Of a DNA stretch of 64,000 nt, positions 12,836-26,766 are shown in pieces. Position numbers and translations under genes: made by a program. Within the stretch, counting starts at the first letter, position 1, and the number at the start of each line of letters is the position of its first letter. The notes beneath the pieces were generated by a model that did no database searches, was not told where the DNA came from, and saw only the letters and a program-made list of their open reading frames with translations. Source of the DNA: Anolis carolinensis (taxonomy: Eukaryota); NCBI RefSeq assembly GCF_035594765.1, contig NW_026943824.1, forward strand, positions 9,123,451 through 9,187,450. Direction: 5' to 3'.

Positions 12836-13830
12836 TTTATAGCAGCTATGCAAAATTAACAATTAACAGATCAGATTGCAATGCCTTTCCCTGTAATTTT
12901 GTGAGGTGGTTCTTGATTACCTTTCAGTACTAAACTGCAATATATTTGGCACCCAGTTTAAGAAAGGATTCCTCATTATCTGAAATATGTCACAGATAAG
13001 AAAAAATAAATTGGAGACTGTTCACATGAAAACTAGTCATCTGGAGCCACTGAATTGTATTAGCTTTGGGCAGTGATTTCCTGGCCCAGCTTGTTTCTTG
13101 ACATTCCTATCAGATGCAGGGGCATTGTTTTAGTGTATTATTATACTACCCAAACGAAGGGGAGGGGTTAAAAGCTGTTTAATGCATTGTTGCATTCCCC
13201 CTCACCCCTTTGTAGTGAATAAGGATTGAATAACTTCACAGAAAAACAATCTGTTCTACGTTAATGAGTTACAATGACATCTAATAAAAAACCATTTTTG
13301 ATGTCAGCGAAAGCTGAAAAAATGGGAAAGGCTTAGCAGGCTTTGATTCTACTGATGAATGTAATGTACTTAAAGAGAAGACATGACTTCATATGTTTTT
13401 GCTGCTATAGATAAGTACTGTAGAATTTTATGTTATAATTGGGTTCTCATCATTGCACCTCAAAATATACTGAAATATACTGAGTTTGAAAAGCTAAAGA
13501 AAAGGGTAATAAAAAAGATCAGAGCTGGAACAACTCTCCTATCAGTAAAGATTACAATGTATGGGACTGTTTAGCATAGAGAAGGCAGTGAAGGGCAACC
13601 AGAAACTACACTTATCCAGCATCTGCCAGTCCACATGGGCACCAGTTAACGGGACGTCTGCTGTATCCGATATATGAATGGCAATGATTGTTGAGTGAAT
13701 TAATGTTCCGAAAGTATGTCAGTGCCACTAGAATTCAATAACCACACTAACATTCGCAGCAACAAGCAATTCATTGCCGTCTACTCTTTTGAGATCGTTG
13801 GGTCAAAAAACAAACTCTTGTTTGCTTCTA

Positions 13831-15612
13831 TCAGTGGGACCTCTCCCATTCTTTATTTCTCAATTCTTTTCTTCGGACTTTTCCAGAAATGGTCTTGGGC
13901 AGGTCTTGAACAAACTCTATCTGGATTGAAAACAGTTAAGGGCGGGGGAGAGAATGAGTACATCAGCATTTATTGAATGTTGTATTAAAAGATAGCCTGG
14001 GCTTGATCACAGGTTGGCAGCCTGTGATCTAGAACCACATATATGGTCCTGCCCTACATCTCTTTCTACATCTCTGAACCATTTCTGGACATATTTGAAC
14101 CATGTGTAAATCCCTTCGGCATGGCTAAGCAGGACCAACATCTTGTCAAGTGACCGTTTTACCTTTTCCAGCCACATCTGGCTCCTTATGAAATACTTTC
14201 TGAATGATGCATCTCAAGGTAAATTGAGACATTTTTCTATTAAGTCTTACAGGAAAGCAGGAATCCTAACAACATACCATTCTAGATAAGCACTGAAGTG
14301 TTCTAGATGTTAAAGTCAACCCTTAGCCCAATGCATAGCTATTCTGAGGACTGTACTTGCCTTTCTGGGATACTTGTATGGAGCGGTTGTTCCCTTGACA
14401 TGATCTTGGAGTTCAAGAATTAATTTGTCTTTATCATGCGACTCATAGGCAGGGGACAGAATGATGAAGGCTTTCACCACCTTTAACAAGATCCAATGAA
14501 AGCAGAATGAGTGGAGCAATAATGGTACAACAACCAGAATTGGCATGGCCAATTCTTTAATACTGCAATGTAGATGCACCCCAAGAAGTTAATGCCTTGT
14601 ATTCCCACTGAATGTAGCTGTGAGGGACTAAGAGATGGGCCTCTCTTGAAGGTCTTGAGACATGGGAAGGCTCCTAGTTGTGTCCTAAATGTCTTACCTC
14701 CCCTCTGATGAGATCTGGGCTGCTGACCACGGCTGCTTCCACCACTGCTGGGTGCCCCAGCAAAGCATTTTCCACTTCAAATGGCCCAATGCGATACCTA
14801 CTCAGGAGGGAGAACTTCGTTTCAGTTCCTTGTTTATAAGATTCACAAAAGGTTAGCACTTTCAGGATGGAAATAATTTGAAATGTGAAGATCTGAGATG
14901 CAGGAGGAAGTAAAATGAATAGTTTTGTATGTCCAGGAACAGGGCTCTGAGTGCATCACTCTTCAAAGTCTGTGCAGAAATGTCACTTCCACAGAAAGCT
15001 TGAAGCTGGTTGACCTCAGTATGTACCTTGGAGCTATCGGGCCCATAAGAGGCTGCTGAATTCAGACAAATCAGGAACTGATGAAAGAGGTTCCTCAGGG
15101 GTTATAAGGAACCCTGAAGCAGGTAGTGGATTATGGATGAGATTCTACATCACAGTGTGTGTTTTGTAATTTGATGAATCTGTGGCTATATAGCCGAAAT
15201 GTAACAGAACCTGGTGAGTGAATTGTGAAGATGCACATCAGGGGTCCTCAAACTTTTAAAGTAGAGGGTCCCTGAGACCGTTGAGGGGCCGAATTATCAT
15301 TTGAAAAAGAAATAGGAACAAATTCCTATGCACACTGTACATGTCTTATTTGTAGTGCAAAAAACCCCCAACAACATTTATTTATTTATTTATTTGCTAC
15401 ATTTATACCCTGCCCTCTCTCACCCCGAAGGGGACTCAAGAGTGGCTTACAAGTTGTATGTACATACAATATATTATATTAATGGCATAGCACAATATTA
15501 GCATTATATATATTACTATTTTGTACTATACCACTATACCGTAATATTAGTAATATTACATTTAATATATAATGTATAATTAATATGTTGCATTATTATT
15601 ACTATGATATTG

Positions 15613-15660
<48 letters not shown>

Positions 15661-16153
15661 CTTTATTTATACCCTGCCACCATCTCCCCAATGGGGACTC
15701 GGGGCGGCTTACATGGGGCCATGCCCAGAACAATACAATATAACAGAATATAAAAAGAACAACAAATAATAACAGTAATTAGTATCAATATTATATGTAT
15801 ACGCAATATATTCTATTATTACCATACCACAATATTAGTAAATGAAAGAACAATACAATATTTAAAAATAAAAACCATTTTAACCAACATACAGTAAACC
15901 TATCAGGATTTCAATGGGAAGTGTGGGCTGGCTTCTGGCCAATGAGATAATCAAGTTAAGTAGAATTGTTGTTTTATTTTTATATACTGTGTTTTATTTT
16001 TATTTTTATTGTATATTGTTCAATGTATTTATGCTGTTGTTTTTGTAAATTGTGCTAGTCTGGCCTTGCCCCATGTGAGCTGCTCTGAGTCCCCGTGGGA
16101 AGATGGTGGCGAGGTATAAATAAATTTTTTTATTATTATTATTGTTGTTGTTG

Positions 16154-16196
<43 letters not shown>

Positions 16197-18673
16197 GACA
16201 CAGAAAACAAGATAGATATGCTGGATTTTGTATCACAAAATCACAAGTCGAACACTTCCCAAGTGTCTAGGACTGTGTGATGTATTTTTGGATGATGCGC
16301 ACAGATCCCAGTTGGGTGACTTTTTGCAGTTGGCAGATCGTGATTTTGTCAATATCTATTGTTTCCAAATGCCAGCTGAGATCTTTTGGCATGGCACCCA
16401 GTGTGCCCATCACCACCGGGACCACCTGCACTGGTTTCTGCCAGAGTCTTTGAAGTTCAATATTATTATTGTTGTTGTTGTTTTTGTTGTGTGCCTTCAG
16501 TTCATTTCAGACTTTGGGTGAGCCTAAGTCTAAAACTGAGAGCAGGGGCCAGGTAAATGACTTTGGAGGGCTGTATCCGGCCCCTGGGCCTTAGTTTGGG
16601 GACCCCTAATGCACATCAAGCATGAGCATCACACCTGATGAGCACTGGCACTCCTGTTACACTCTGGCACTTCCCAGCTTGAGTTTTGAGTGTGCCGTGG
16701 TGTGCCCTAGCAGTCACCAGCACCATGGCGCACCCATTGGTCTATTGGGTACAGTTGCACTATAATGTCATGGCATCCCTTGGTGAATTCCTGCACTCTT
16801 AAGTTAACTTATGAAAATGTCAAGTCGGTTGAAATTTCAACCATCATCACTCTCCCTGCTGAATGCAGTCTAGGTTCTCTGACTCTGCAAGGCCCGGTTG
16901 CACTACATGATTGATCAAGGGTTGTTTAAAGCGGCAAGGAAATGAGCGTACCCAGCAGATAAGATGACGTCATCAGCTCTTGCAACAAAGTGGATGTAGC
17001 CATCTTCAGCCATGACCCCTCTGTCCCCAGTAATGTAGAAATCTCCGCGTTCGGTGGAAGCAGTTTTCAGGGGATCATCCTAAAAACAGTGAAACAGCCT
17101 CCGCTCAAGCCAGCCCATCCTAGCATGAGCCTCGCTTGAGTCCTCAGTGTCTTGCAGGTATGAATAGCCCATCCACCCCAGATGGAACAGCCCAGACAAA
17201 GCATTTGACATCAGACTCAAACTGAATGTCTTCCTCCTTACCACATAACCAAGGAAGAGACCCAGAGGCCTTTTGGGCTTGATTCGAATGCCAATGTCTC
17301 CTTCTTCTCCTAGAGGCAAGGGGTTGCTGTGTTTGTCTATTATCTAGGAGAAGGAAAACCAAATTCAAGCAGTCATCTATCTCTGGCCCTCGGCAAGTCT
17401 GGGAGGAAAACTGGCCCCAGATCCAAGACGGCTGCCCAGTCTCTGCTCCAAGCGCACCTACCTGCACATCATAGGGTGGGTGGGCCTTTCCTAGGAATCC
17501 GGGTTTAACCTTCATATCTCTTGTGGTGGCACACACCAAGGTCTGTCAGAACATCACAGAAACAAATGCAAACACAAGCTGGTTTCAGGTGTTCAGATAG
17601 ACAAAAGGAAGTACTTTACATAACTGCACATAGTCTATGGCTGATAGTCAAACTCAAGACTGAAGTAATACCATCTATGGATGTTCTCTATGGATACAAC
17701 CTCACGGGTGACAAACTCATTGGAATTCCTGTCTTTACCAAGAGCAGATATTTAGTAATATTAATGATTCTTCATCATTCATTCAACCCCAAACCATTCC
17801 AAAATACTTTGTATTACAACAGGGACAGTTCATAGTTGCTGTCCTCCCCATAAAATGCCCTCTTGATGAAAAAACAACCTAGATATAATTCCCAAAAGCA
17901 TGTTTTTAAATGTTGAAGGGTGTGTGATCCCCTTGCAACCTCGTTAAAATTACCGTATATACTTGAGTATAAGCCGACCCGAATATAAGCCGAGGCACCT
18001 AATTTTACCACAAAAAAACTGGGAAAACATTGACTCAATTATAAGCTGAGAGTGGTAAATTTCAGAAATAAAATAGATACATTAGAGTCTTGCTTATCCA
18101 ACATAAACAGGCTGGCAGAACGTTGGATAAGCGAATATGTTGGATAATAAGGAGATATGAAGGAAAAGCCTATTAAACATCAAATTAGGTTATGATTTTA
18201 CAAATTAAGCACCAAAACATCATGTTACACAACAAATTTGACAGAAAAAGTAGTTCAATACTCAATAATGCTATGTAGTAATTACTGTATTTACGAATTT
18301 AGCACAAAAATATCACGATGTATTGAAAACATTGACGACAAAAATGAGATGGATAATCCAGAATGTTGGATAAGCGAGTGTTGGATATGTGAGACTCTAC
18401 TGTACCAATAAAATTACATTAATTGAGGCATCAGTAGGTTAAATGTTTTTGAATATTTACATAAAGCTCTAATTTAAGATAAGATTGTCCAACTCTGATT
18501 AAATCATTCTTCTCATCTTCTTCAATGTAAATGTGCTTATGTATCCTTTTAAGAATAATAGAGTAAAATAATACATGTAATAATATTAATAATAAAAGTT
18601 AAAGGTTTCCCCTGATGTTAAGTCCATAGAGTAAAATAATACATATAATAATAAATAGAGTAAAATAATAAAT

Positions 18674-18715
<42 letters not shown>

Positions 18716-21700
18716 GAGTAAAATAATAAATGTATTATTAATAATAAAAATACAGTAAATTAAATGTAATAGTAGCAACAATAATAGAGAAAAATAATAA
18801 ATGTAATACAGTAGAGTTTCGCTTATCCAACGTAAACGGGCTGGCAGAATGTTGGATAAGCAAATATGTTGGATAATAAGGAGAGATTAAGGAAAAACCT
18901 ATTAAACATTAAATTAGGTTATGATTTTATAAATTAAGCACCAAAACATCATGTAATACAACAAATTTGACAGAAAAAGTAGTTCAATACACAGTAATGC
19001 TATGTAGTAATTACTGTATTACAAATTTAGCACCAAAATATCATGATGTATTGAAAACATTGACTACAAAAATGCGTTGGATAATCCAGAACGTTGGATA
19101 AGCGAGTGTTGGATAAGTGAGACGCTACTGTAATACCAATAATAATAGAGAAAAATAATAAATGTTCCATATATTCTCGAGTATAAGCTGACCCAAATAT
19201 AAGACAACCAGGACCCTCACCCGAGTATAAGCCGAGGGGGGCTTTTTCAGTCTTAAAAAAAGGGCTGAAAAACTAGGCTTATACTCGAGTATATACAGTA
19301 TATTATTAAAATTTTAAGGGGTTTCATTTCAGTTTCAAGCTAGCACTTTGCCCAATCTAGTTTTGCATGAATTACTTGGGGTTGTGTTGCATTTTGCTGA
19401 TTGATTGACAGATTGCCTCTAAGAATGACTAACTCAAACTTTATCAAACTGGTCATTGGCCATAATAAAGTGAACCTGAACTTGACTGACTCAAACTTCT
19501 CTGGGTATAACTAATTAAAATATAAACACAACAAAATAAGATGAGAAAAGATCTGTGACTGAGCAGGAACATACAGTCTCGGTCTGGCCATAGCCTTCGT
19601 AGATCTCCATTCCCGTCTGAGCTTTCCATTGGGCCGACACTTCGGGGGGCAGGGGTTCCCCGCCACTCAAGCAAGACACCAGACTCTTGAACTTGTATCT
19701 GGACAAAGGCATGGAAAGCTATTCATCTTCCTGGAGAAGACCTTTGACTTCACACCGTATGCCATTTGCAACCCAGAGTCCCCATTCTTACTTCCAAAAT
19801 TGGCAAAGGCCTGGCCCAGAGCTTGGAGAAATGATCGTAGGGAACTACAACTCTGAAAATGATCGGAGAACTCTGGAAACTATAGTCTGAGAAGTAACTT
19901 TTCAAAATTCTGCCCTGATGTTTGGCTGATGCAACATAACTTCAGCACCACCCATAAACATGACGGGAGGTTTAACCAATGAAATCAGATCTCTATGTCT
20001 GGCTTGCTGAGAGTTTTCTGGGCTGTATGGCCATGTTCCAGAAGCATTCTCTCCTGACGTTTCACCCACATCTATGGCAGGCATCCTCAGAGGTTGTGAG
20101 GTCTGTTGGAAACAACACTCAGAAGACAGGGGAATTCCAGACAGGAAAAAATCAGAGCTAACACCTCCAAGCAAAGGATTCCCCCAGGTAGGAAGCAGCC
20201 AGGCCTTGAAGCTGCAAGGTAATTCAATGCTAATCAAGGTGGCCAATTACAACGTTCACACTTGCCTCAAGCAGACCAGAGTTCTTTCTCCCACCATGGA
20301 CATTATTTCACAGATATATAAAACCCAGTTGCCTAGTTTCCAACAGACCTCACAACCTCTGAGGATGCCTGCCATAGATGTGGACCAAACATCAGGAGAG
20401 AATGCTTCTGGAACATGGCTATACAGCCTGGGAAACTCACAGCAACCCAGTGATTCTGGCCATGAAAAGTTTCTACAACACAAAGTTATTATTGCTAATG
20501 TTCAAGTCAGAGCCGGCCCTAGGTATTTTTCAAGTGTAGGCGAACAGAATTTTGCCCCCCCCCCCCCCAATCACTGAAAAATAAAATCGTTGGAGAAGCG
20601 AAAATGTTGGATAATAAGGAGGGATTAAGGAAAAGCATATTAAACATCAAATTACATTAAGATTTTACAAATTAAGCACCAAAACATCATGTTTTACAAG
20701 AAATCAACAGAAAAAGCAGTCTCGACTGCGCCCCCGTATGTTTTGCGCCCGAAGCAACCGCTTAATTCGCCTCATTGTTGGACCGGCTCTGGTTCAAGTG
20801 TCCATACCTCCTGACATCATGCTGCAACAGCATGCGGAAAATTGTCGGTGTGCCACAGAAAGTTGTCACTGGATACTTGGAGAGACACTAAGGAGGTAAG
20901 AGAGAACACACGCTTAATCGTCACTTGGTTAGTTAATCGAATATCGCAGGCTTTGCATGTGATGTGTAAAGACAGGGCATAGATGAAAGAAATAATAATT
21001 GCCAACAAAAGAATATTTTTCTTACATTTAGAACCACCAGTGAGTCGAACTGGGCTTTGCCATGCGCAAACACGCAAGCTCCTTCAATCCAGGTAGCATA
21101 CAAACTGCTAAACTGAAACTTGACCCAGCCTGTGTCGGACACACCCCACATCACGCTTGAGGGATTCAGATTCATCCAAGTCCTGTTTAAAAAGTTAGCA
21201 AACACAGATGTAGTTTGTTGTTGATATTTGCCATCGAGTTGGTTCTGGGTTGCCTTAGGATCACCCGAAGTCCGAAGAGACTTGAAGGCACCCAACAACA
21301 ACAAACTGTTGGAGTTCAACCCCACAAGTTTGCAGTCCTCAATTAGTAGTTAGTTCGCTTAGAATAGGCTGAGGGTGAAATGGCAGACAAAGGTTTGAGG
21401 AAATGAGACAAAGAGAGTTCCGGTGGCTGTAGAAAAAATGACGTTTATTCTCAGTGGCCAGTGAGAATATAGACCCTCCTGTCTCCAGGAAAAAAGGGTC
21501 CAAGACAAAGGAACACAGATCCTTATATAGTATTTCGGTCTGCCTCCATCTACGTGACATAGGCATTATCCATCACCAATTAGTGTCAAAAAAAGTCTTA
21601 CTGGGCACTTAACTAAAAAGCTATCTTTGCATTTTCCTAAAATATAGACTACTTCAAGACCTCTGACCCTCCATTAGCCTTATCTCTGGAATTCTCATCT

Positions 21701-24700
21701 CATCCATTAGGGCTCCCCCTCGTCCTCCATTAATTAAGGAATTTCCTCCCTACCTTAGCTTGTCAGAGAGAGTAATTAGTATTCCCCCTGGCGCCAGGTC
21801 TTATCTTGACTTCCCAAAAAGCCTTAATTTGTCTCTTGTCCATTAGCTTATCTACTCTTGTTGACACTTAACATATGTCCCTGGCACTCAGAGTAACTTT
21901 GGTCTTGCTTTTGCTGAGCAGAGTGTATTTTTGGGCTATAGGCACACAATCTGCTGGTGATTACATATTTTCCTATTTGTATTTCTTAACATGATTACAT
22001 TCAATATATATTTTCCAATACAAGTATTATATTTTCCCAATACACCTTCATCAAGGGTATCCTTCCCTCCCTGTCTTCTGAATGACAGTTGGAATGGATC
22101 TATTTCTTCTCTCCTCTCTGCTTCTGCTCTCATTCTGATTGGTTGTGTAGAATGGATGCTTTTCTGCTGCAGTGTGTATTGAGACCTCTCTCGTCTTGTG
22201 TGTCAGGAGAGATGTGTGCTTAGAGATTTTCCCTCTCTTTTGGACCCTAGGGAGATGGAGTTAGAGTAGCTCAGACCCAGTTATTTACTATTGAGAAATG
22301 TAGATATTGTTTTTGTAAATAAACCTTAAAGATTGAACTCTGCATGTCTAAATTCTTGACAGCCACATGGCACTTCATGCTCTGCTTGCTGTGAGCTGAA
22401 TGCATAAGTAACCTTTTTTTGTATTTTTGCATGTCCTGCTGTATTTTGGGAGTTTTTCCCCCAACACAAAAATCCTAACACAAATGATAGTCTGGACCCT
22501 CAACAGTGTTTTAAAAGTTTGAGGACCCCTGTTCTATAGAATTGTAAATTTGGGCCATCTAGCCCATCCCCTTTCTGCCATGCAAGAACATATAATCAAA
22601 GCACTCCCAACAGAAGAGTGGCTAGCTTTTGCTTAAAAGGCTCCAAGGAAGGTTGCTCCAGAGGGAAGGCTATGGAATGGTTATGTTTATTGGCCCCAAA
22701 GATTGAAAAAGAGACAGACATACCTTCCAATATTTCTCATCCCAATCCCCAGATTAGCGCAGGACTGTTTCACCATTTTGGGATAGCCTGTTGTGCCGCT
22801 CGTAAAAAAGATGCTCACTGGGTCTTGACTCTTGGTTTGAACAGGCTGATGTTTATCAGATGCAGCTCTTTGAAACAGAGAGCAGGCAAATTAGGACGAG
22901 CTACAATACAGAGTTTAGAAAATTTTCAAAAGTGATTGGTTCTCTTTAGAGACAGAAAATCCTAATTATTTTTACCCAAGAAAATGCCTCTTTAAGAAAT
23001 TTGAGGTGTTCTACTATGATTCTATGGTTGATTTTTGATGGAAGTGGACCATAGAATTGTACTTTCTCTAGAAATCTCTAAGTCATTGAGCATGACTGGA
23101 AGAAATTGACCATAGTGCCACACTGGAGGACCTAGAGATTCTTAAATAGAACGTTTTAATCAAATCTGTGAATAAACAAATAAGCAAATTATTGGAAATA
23201 ACTGCACCCACCTCCCCTGAGGTGTGGATCAGACATCCACCTCCCCTGAGGTGCAAAGCAGACAGGCAAATACATCCACCTCCATTGAGGTGGTAAACAC
23301 ACACTGAATACAAAATGGAGTCCTGAGTCTGAACATGCTTAGTACAATCACATGTCTATAACCTCTCCTATACCAAAGAGGTACACTCACACTAGCAAAT
23401 CAACATATACAGTAAAGTCTCACTTATCCAACACTTGCTTATCCAACGTTCTGGATTATCCAATGCATTTTTGTAGTCAATGTTTTCAATACATCATGAT
23501 ATTTTGGTGCTAAATTCGTAAATACAATAATTACTACATAGCATTACTGCGTATTGAACTACTTTTTCTGTCAAATTTGTTGTAAAACATGATGTTTTAG
23601 TGCTTAATTTGTAAAATCATAACCTAATTTGATGTTTAATAGGCTTTTTCTTAATGCCTCCTTATTATCCAACATATTCGCTTATCCAAAATTCTGCCGG
23701 CCCGTTTATGTTGGATAAGTGAGACTCTACTGTACATATAAAAAAGGTTAGCAAATATATACCAGCAGCAATTTATTACGGTCTATGACCAGAATAAGCA
23801 AATATATACATTAACAAATAAATTGTGAAAGGCTTGGAGGTTGCTATCTCCTCCAGTCATGCACGCAGCACGTCAAAACTACAAATGTGGTGGGATAACT
23901 GTTCTGACTGTGAGAACCCAATCCCATCTCCTGCCGCCATTCATCTTGAGATGGTTTTCCTCATGAAGCAGGGAAGGGGATACTCACTCCACAAGGTCAT
24001 GGAAGTCCAGCCATCCTTCCCTCCTCCTGCCTTTGGAGACCAAGACCCGGTTCTTCAGTGCGTGGCATTCAGATGCAACAGAGTCTACTAATGGGGCCAA
24101 GGCATCATTTGTGATGATGCACTTGGCCTTAGAAGCTTGGAGCCTGTATAGGAGGTCTTTCGATGTCAGCTGGGTCGTTCCTGGAATAGAGACAATGCCT
24201 AGGAAGGAAAAGAACAAGCAAAGAGGATGGGAAGGAGAGAAGAACATGTCTAAGCAACAAGATGGGAAGGTAATACATTGTTGTCTTTCATTGCCTTTAT
24301 TGGTTTTAATGCATAGTCCAGTTGTACTGACCTGTCCCGCATGCAGCCCACGGAGATCATCCACCACTCTGGGACCCTTGGGAGGACCAGGAGGAGCCCG
24401 TCCCCTTTGTCCAGGCGGCATCCCTCTGAGAGCGCACTGGCCGCTTTCCTGGAGTGGAAGCCCAGCTCCTCGAAGCCCCAGCGCACCTCCTCGCCCTGGT
24501 CATCCACCCACCAGAGAGCCGGGTTGGAAGGCCTTCTCCCATCCTGTCAGAAACAACATATTATATTAATTGATCTCTGTGTTTTGAAAGTTTCTGTCTG
24601 TAACTAACTATTTTGGGGTGTGGCAACATTTTGATGGATCTATATCCCATATGTAATGTAGCAGGAAAAAATAAAAGCCTGAATCCTATTAGTCGAGTAG

Positions 24701-26642
24701 ACCCATAGAATCATTGAAGTTATGTGCTGGCATACCATTCAGCAGCTGATTCAATGGGTCTGCTTTAGCTGAGACTAATCAACAGGGTTCAAAGCAAGTT
24801 CACTTTATTAAGATGCAAGAAGTAATGTTTTCTAGTTACAGTAGAGTCTCACTTATCCAAGCTAAATGGGCTGGCAGAACCTTGGATAAGTGAATATCTC
24901 GGATAATGACGGATTAAGGAAAAGCCAAGGAGCCCCGGTGGCGAAGTGTGTTAAAGCACTGAGCTGCTGAACTTGCAGGTTCAAATCCCAGGAGCGGAAT
25001 GAGCGCCCGCTGTTAGCTCCAGCTTCTGCCAACCTAGCAGTTTGAAAACATGCCAATGTGAGTAGATCAATAGGTACCGCTCCGGCGGGAAGGTAACGAT
25101 TCTCCATGCAGTCATGCCAGCGGCCACATGACCTTGGAGGTGTCTACGGACAACGCCAGCTCTTTGGCCTAGAAATGGATATGAACATCAACCCCCAGAG
25201 TCAGACATGACTGGACTTAACGTCAAGGGAAACCTTTACCTTACTAAGGAAAAACCTATTAAACATCAAATTACATTATGATTTTACAAATTAAGCACCA
25301 AAACATCATGTTATACAACAAATTTGACAGAAAAAGTAGTTCAATACGCGGTAATGTTATGTTGTAATTACTGTATTTACGAATTTAGCACCAAAATATC
25401 ATGATATATTGAAAACATTGACTACAAAAATGCCTTGGATAATCCAGAACCTTGGATAAGTGAATCTTGGATAAGTGAGACTCTACTATACTTTCAGAAT
25501 TTTTAAAGGGCAGTGTTACAGGTATGTTCATGCAAACTTTCCATGCTTTTCTATGTCAATAACTGAGCCGGGACAGGATAATTCTCTGGGTCCCAAAGCC
25601 TCATTTTACTACTGCTCAGATATGGATGATTTCACTATGTCCTTAATATTCCTTAATATAAAGAAAAAGGGAAACAGGACCAGCTAACACCTCCCCATCA
25701 AAGGATTTCCCCCAGCAAGGAAGCAGCCAGGCTTTGAAGCTGCAAGGCCATGCCAATCAAACTGGCTGATTGCAACATTCACACCTACCTCTAACAGACA
25801 AGAGTTCTTTCTCGCACCCTGGACATCACAGATATATAAACCCCACTTGCCTAGATCCCAACAGACCTCACAACCTCTGAGGATGCCTGCCATAGATGTG
25901 GGCAAAACATCTATGCTTCTGGAACATGGCCATACAGCCTGGAAAACTTACAGCAACCCATACAATACTTTGTTTTGCAGAAGTGTGCCATAGTATAAGG
26001 CAGTGTCCAATGGTCCCATAACTTTTTTCTACTAAGGTAAAGGTTTCCCCTGACGTTAAGTCCAGTCATGTCTGACTCTGGGGGTTGGTGCTCATCTCCA
26101 TTTCTAAGCCAAAGAGCCGGCGTTGTCCACAGACACCCCCAAGACCACTGGCATGACTGCATGGAGTGCTGTTACCTTCCCACCGGAGCGGTACCTATTG
26201 ATCTACTCACATTGGCATATTTTCGAACTGCTAGGTTGGCAGAAGCTGGGGCTAATAGCGGGCACTCATTCCACTCCCCAGATTTGAACCTGGGACCTTT
26301 TGGTCTGCAAGTTCAGCAGCTCAGAGCTTTAACACACTGCGCCACTGGGGGCTCCTTTTTACACTACATACTCCAAAATGGGAGATATTTGTTCAAGTTT
26401 ATTGTGAAGGTCCTCTTTTCCTGATTCATCAATGTAAGACAACATGATGCTCAAAGCCATACCTTCTCTTTTTGGGCCCATGCATCCAGCACATCTTTGG
26501 CAAAATTGAAATACTCCGGCACAGCTTCAGAGTCCGGGAAGTCCAGAGATGGTGCTCCACTGCAGGCTTGGCTTTTGATTTGATAAGGCCATTTGGGGGC
26601 AAAAGTGTGTTTTAAGACGGGAAGTCTCGAGAGAAGCTTCAT
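13831..26642 (-). CDS. ACSM-family acyl-CoA synthetase paralog B (13 coding exons; +1 frameshift at end of exon 2 as sequenced, possible pseudogene or assembly error)
   Basis: Exons 26642-26463, 24543-24332, 24198-23988, 22867-22724, 21182-21026, 20887-20808, 19698-19575, 17542-17462, 17343-17242, 17079-16952, 14797-14698, 14480-14361, 13920-13831. Motifs [41 protein letters not shown]. Sum is 1729 nt (3n+1). Confidence 0.88.
15239..16608. mobile_element. Non-autonomous hAT transposon with nested L2-tail and R4 fragments
   Basis: Same TIRs; 8-bp TSD ATGCACAT at 15231-15238 and 16609-16616. Confidence 0.9.
16195..16460 (-). mobile_element. R4/Dong 3' fragment nested in hAT MITE
   Basis: Near-identical to 30943-31216, with microsatellite on both sides. 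Confidence 0.82.
17953..19298. mobile_element. Tc1/mariner MITE family 2 with two nested family-1 MITEs (18080-18402, 18809-19130)
   Basis: TIR C(C/T)GTATATACTCGAGTATAAGCC, TA TSD. Uninterrupted copy at 26767-27377 for comparison. Confidence 0.88.
20003..20480. mobile_element. Penelope-like fragment with inverted partial terminal repeat
   Basis: 20003-20112 is an inverted copy of about 20335-20445, an arrangement typical of Penelope insertions. Confidence 0.7.
20508..20791. mobile_element. Small hAT MITE (CAGAGCCGG termini)
   Basis: TIR CAGAGCCGG; 8-bp TSD GTTCAAGT at 20500-20507 and 20792-20799. Confidence 0.85.
23410..23732. mobile_element. Tc1/mariner MITE family 1
   Basis: Same TIRs, TA TSD. 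Confidence 0.9.
24839..25488. mobile_element. Tc1/mariner MITE family 1 interrupted by a Sauria SINE
   Basis: TIRs at both ends; SINE 24929-25243 inside. Confidence 0.88.
24929..25243 (+). mobile_element. Sauria SINE (tRNA-derived head, ACCTTT tail)
   Basis: GGAGCCCCGGTGGCG head, box-B-like GGTTCAAATCC, ACCTTTACCTT tail, about 12-bp TSD TAAGGAAAA(G/A)CC. Confidence 0.85.
26036..26355 (-). mobile_element. Sauria SINE, full length
   Basis: Reverse complement of the 24929 family. Partial or older copies at about 31681-31782, 32849-33085, 35600-35830 and 50851-51120. Confidence 0.85.
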
Positions 26643-26766
26643 TGCACGCAGCACAGATCCCTTTCTGTGTCACAGGCGTCGAAGGATAATCCCAAATTCT
26701 GTTAAACAACAATCAAATACAGATATCATGAATTAATGAGTAGATCTGATTGCAAACAGATAAATA

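Noticed and set aside
23205-23295. Three short CACCTC...GAGGTG hairpin repeats
   Set aside because: Only three degenerate copies, probably internal to an unidentified repeat; no function can be inferred.
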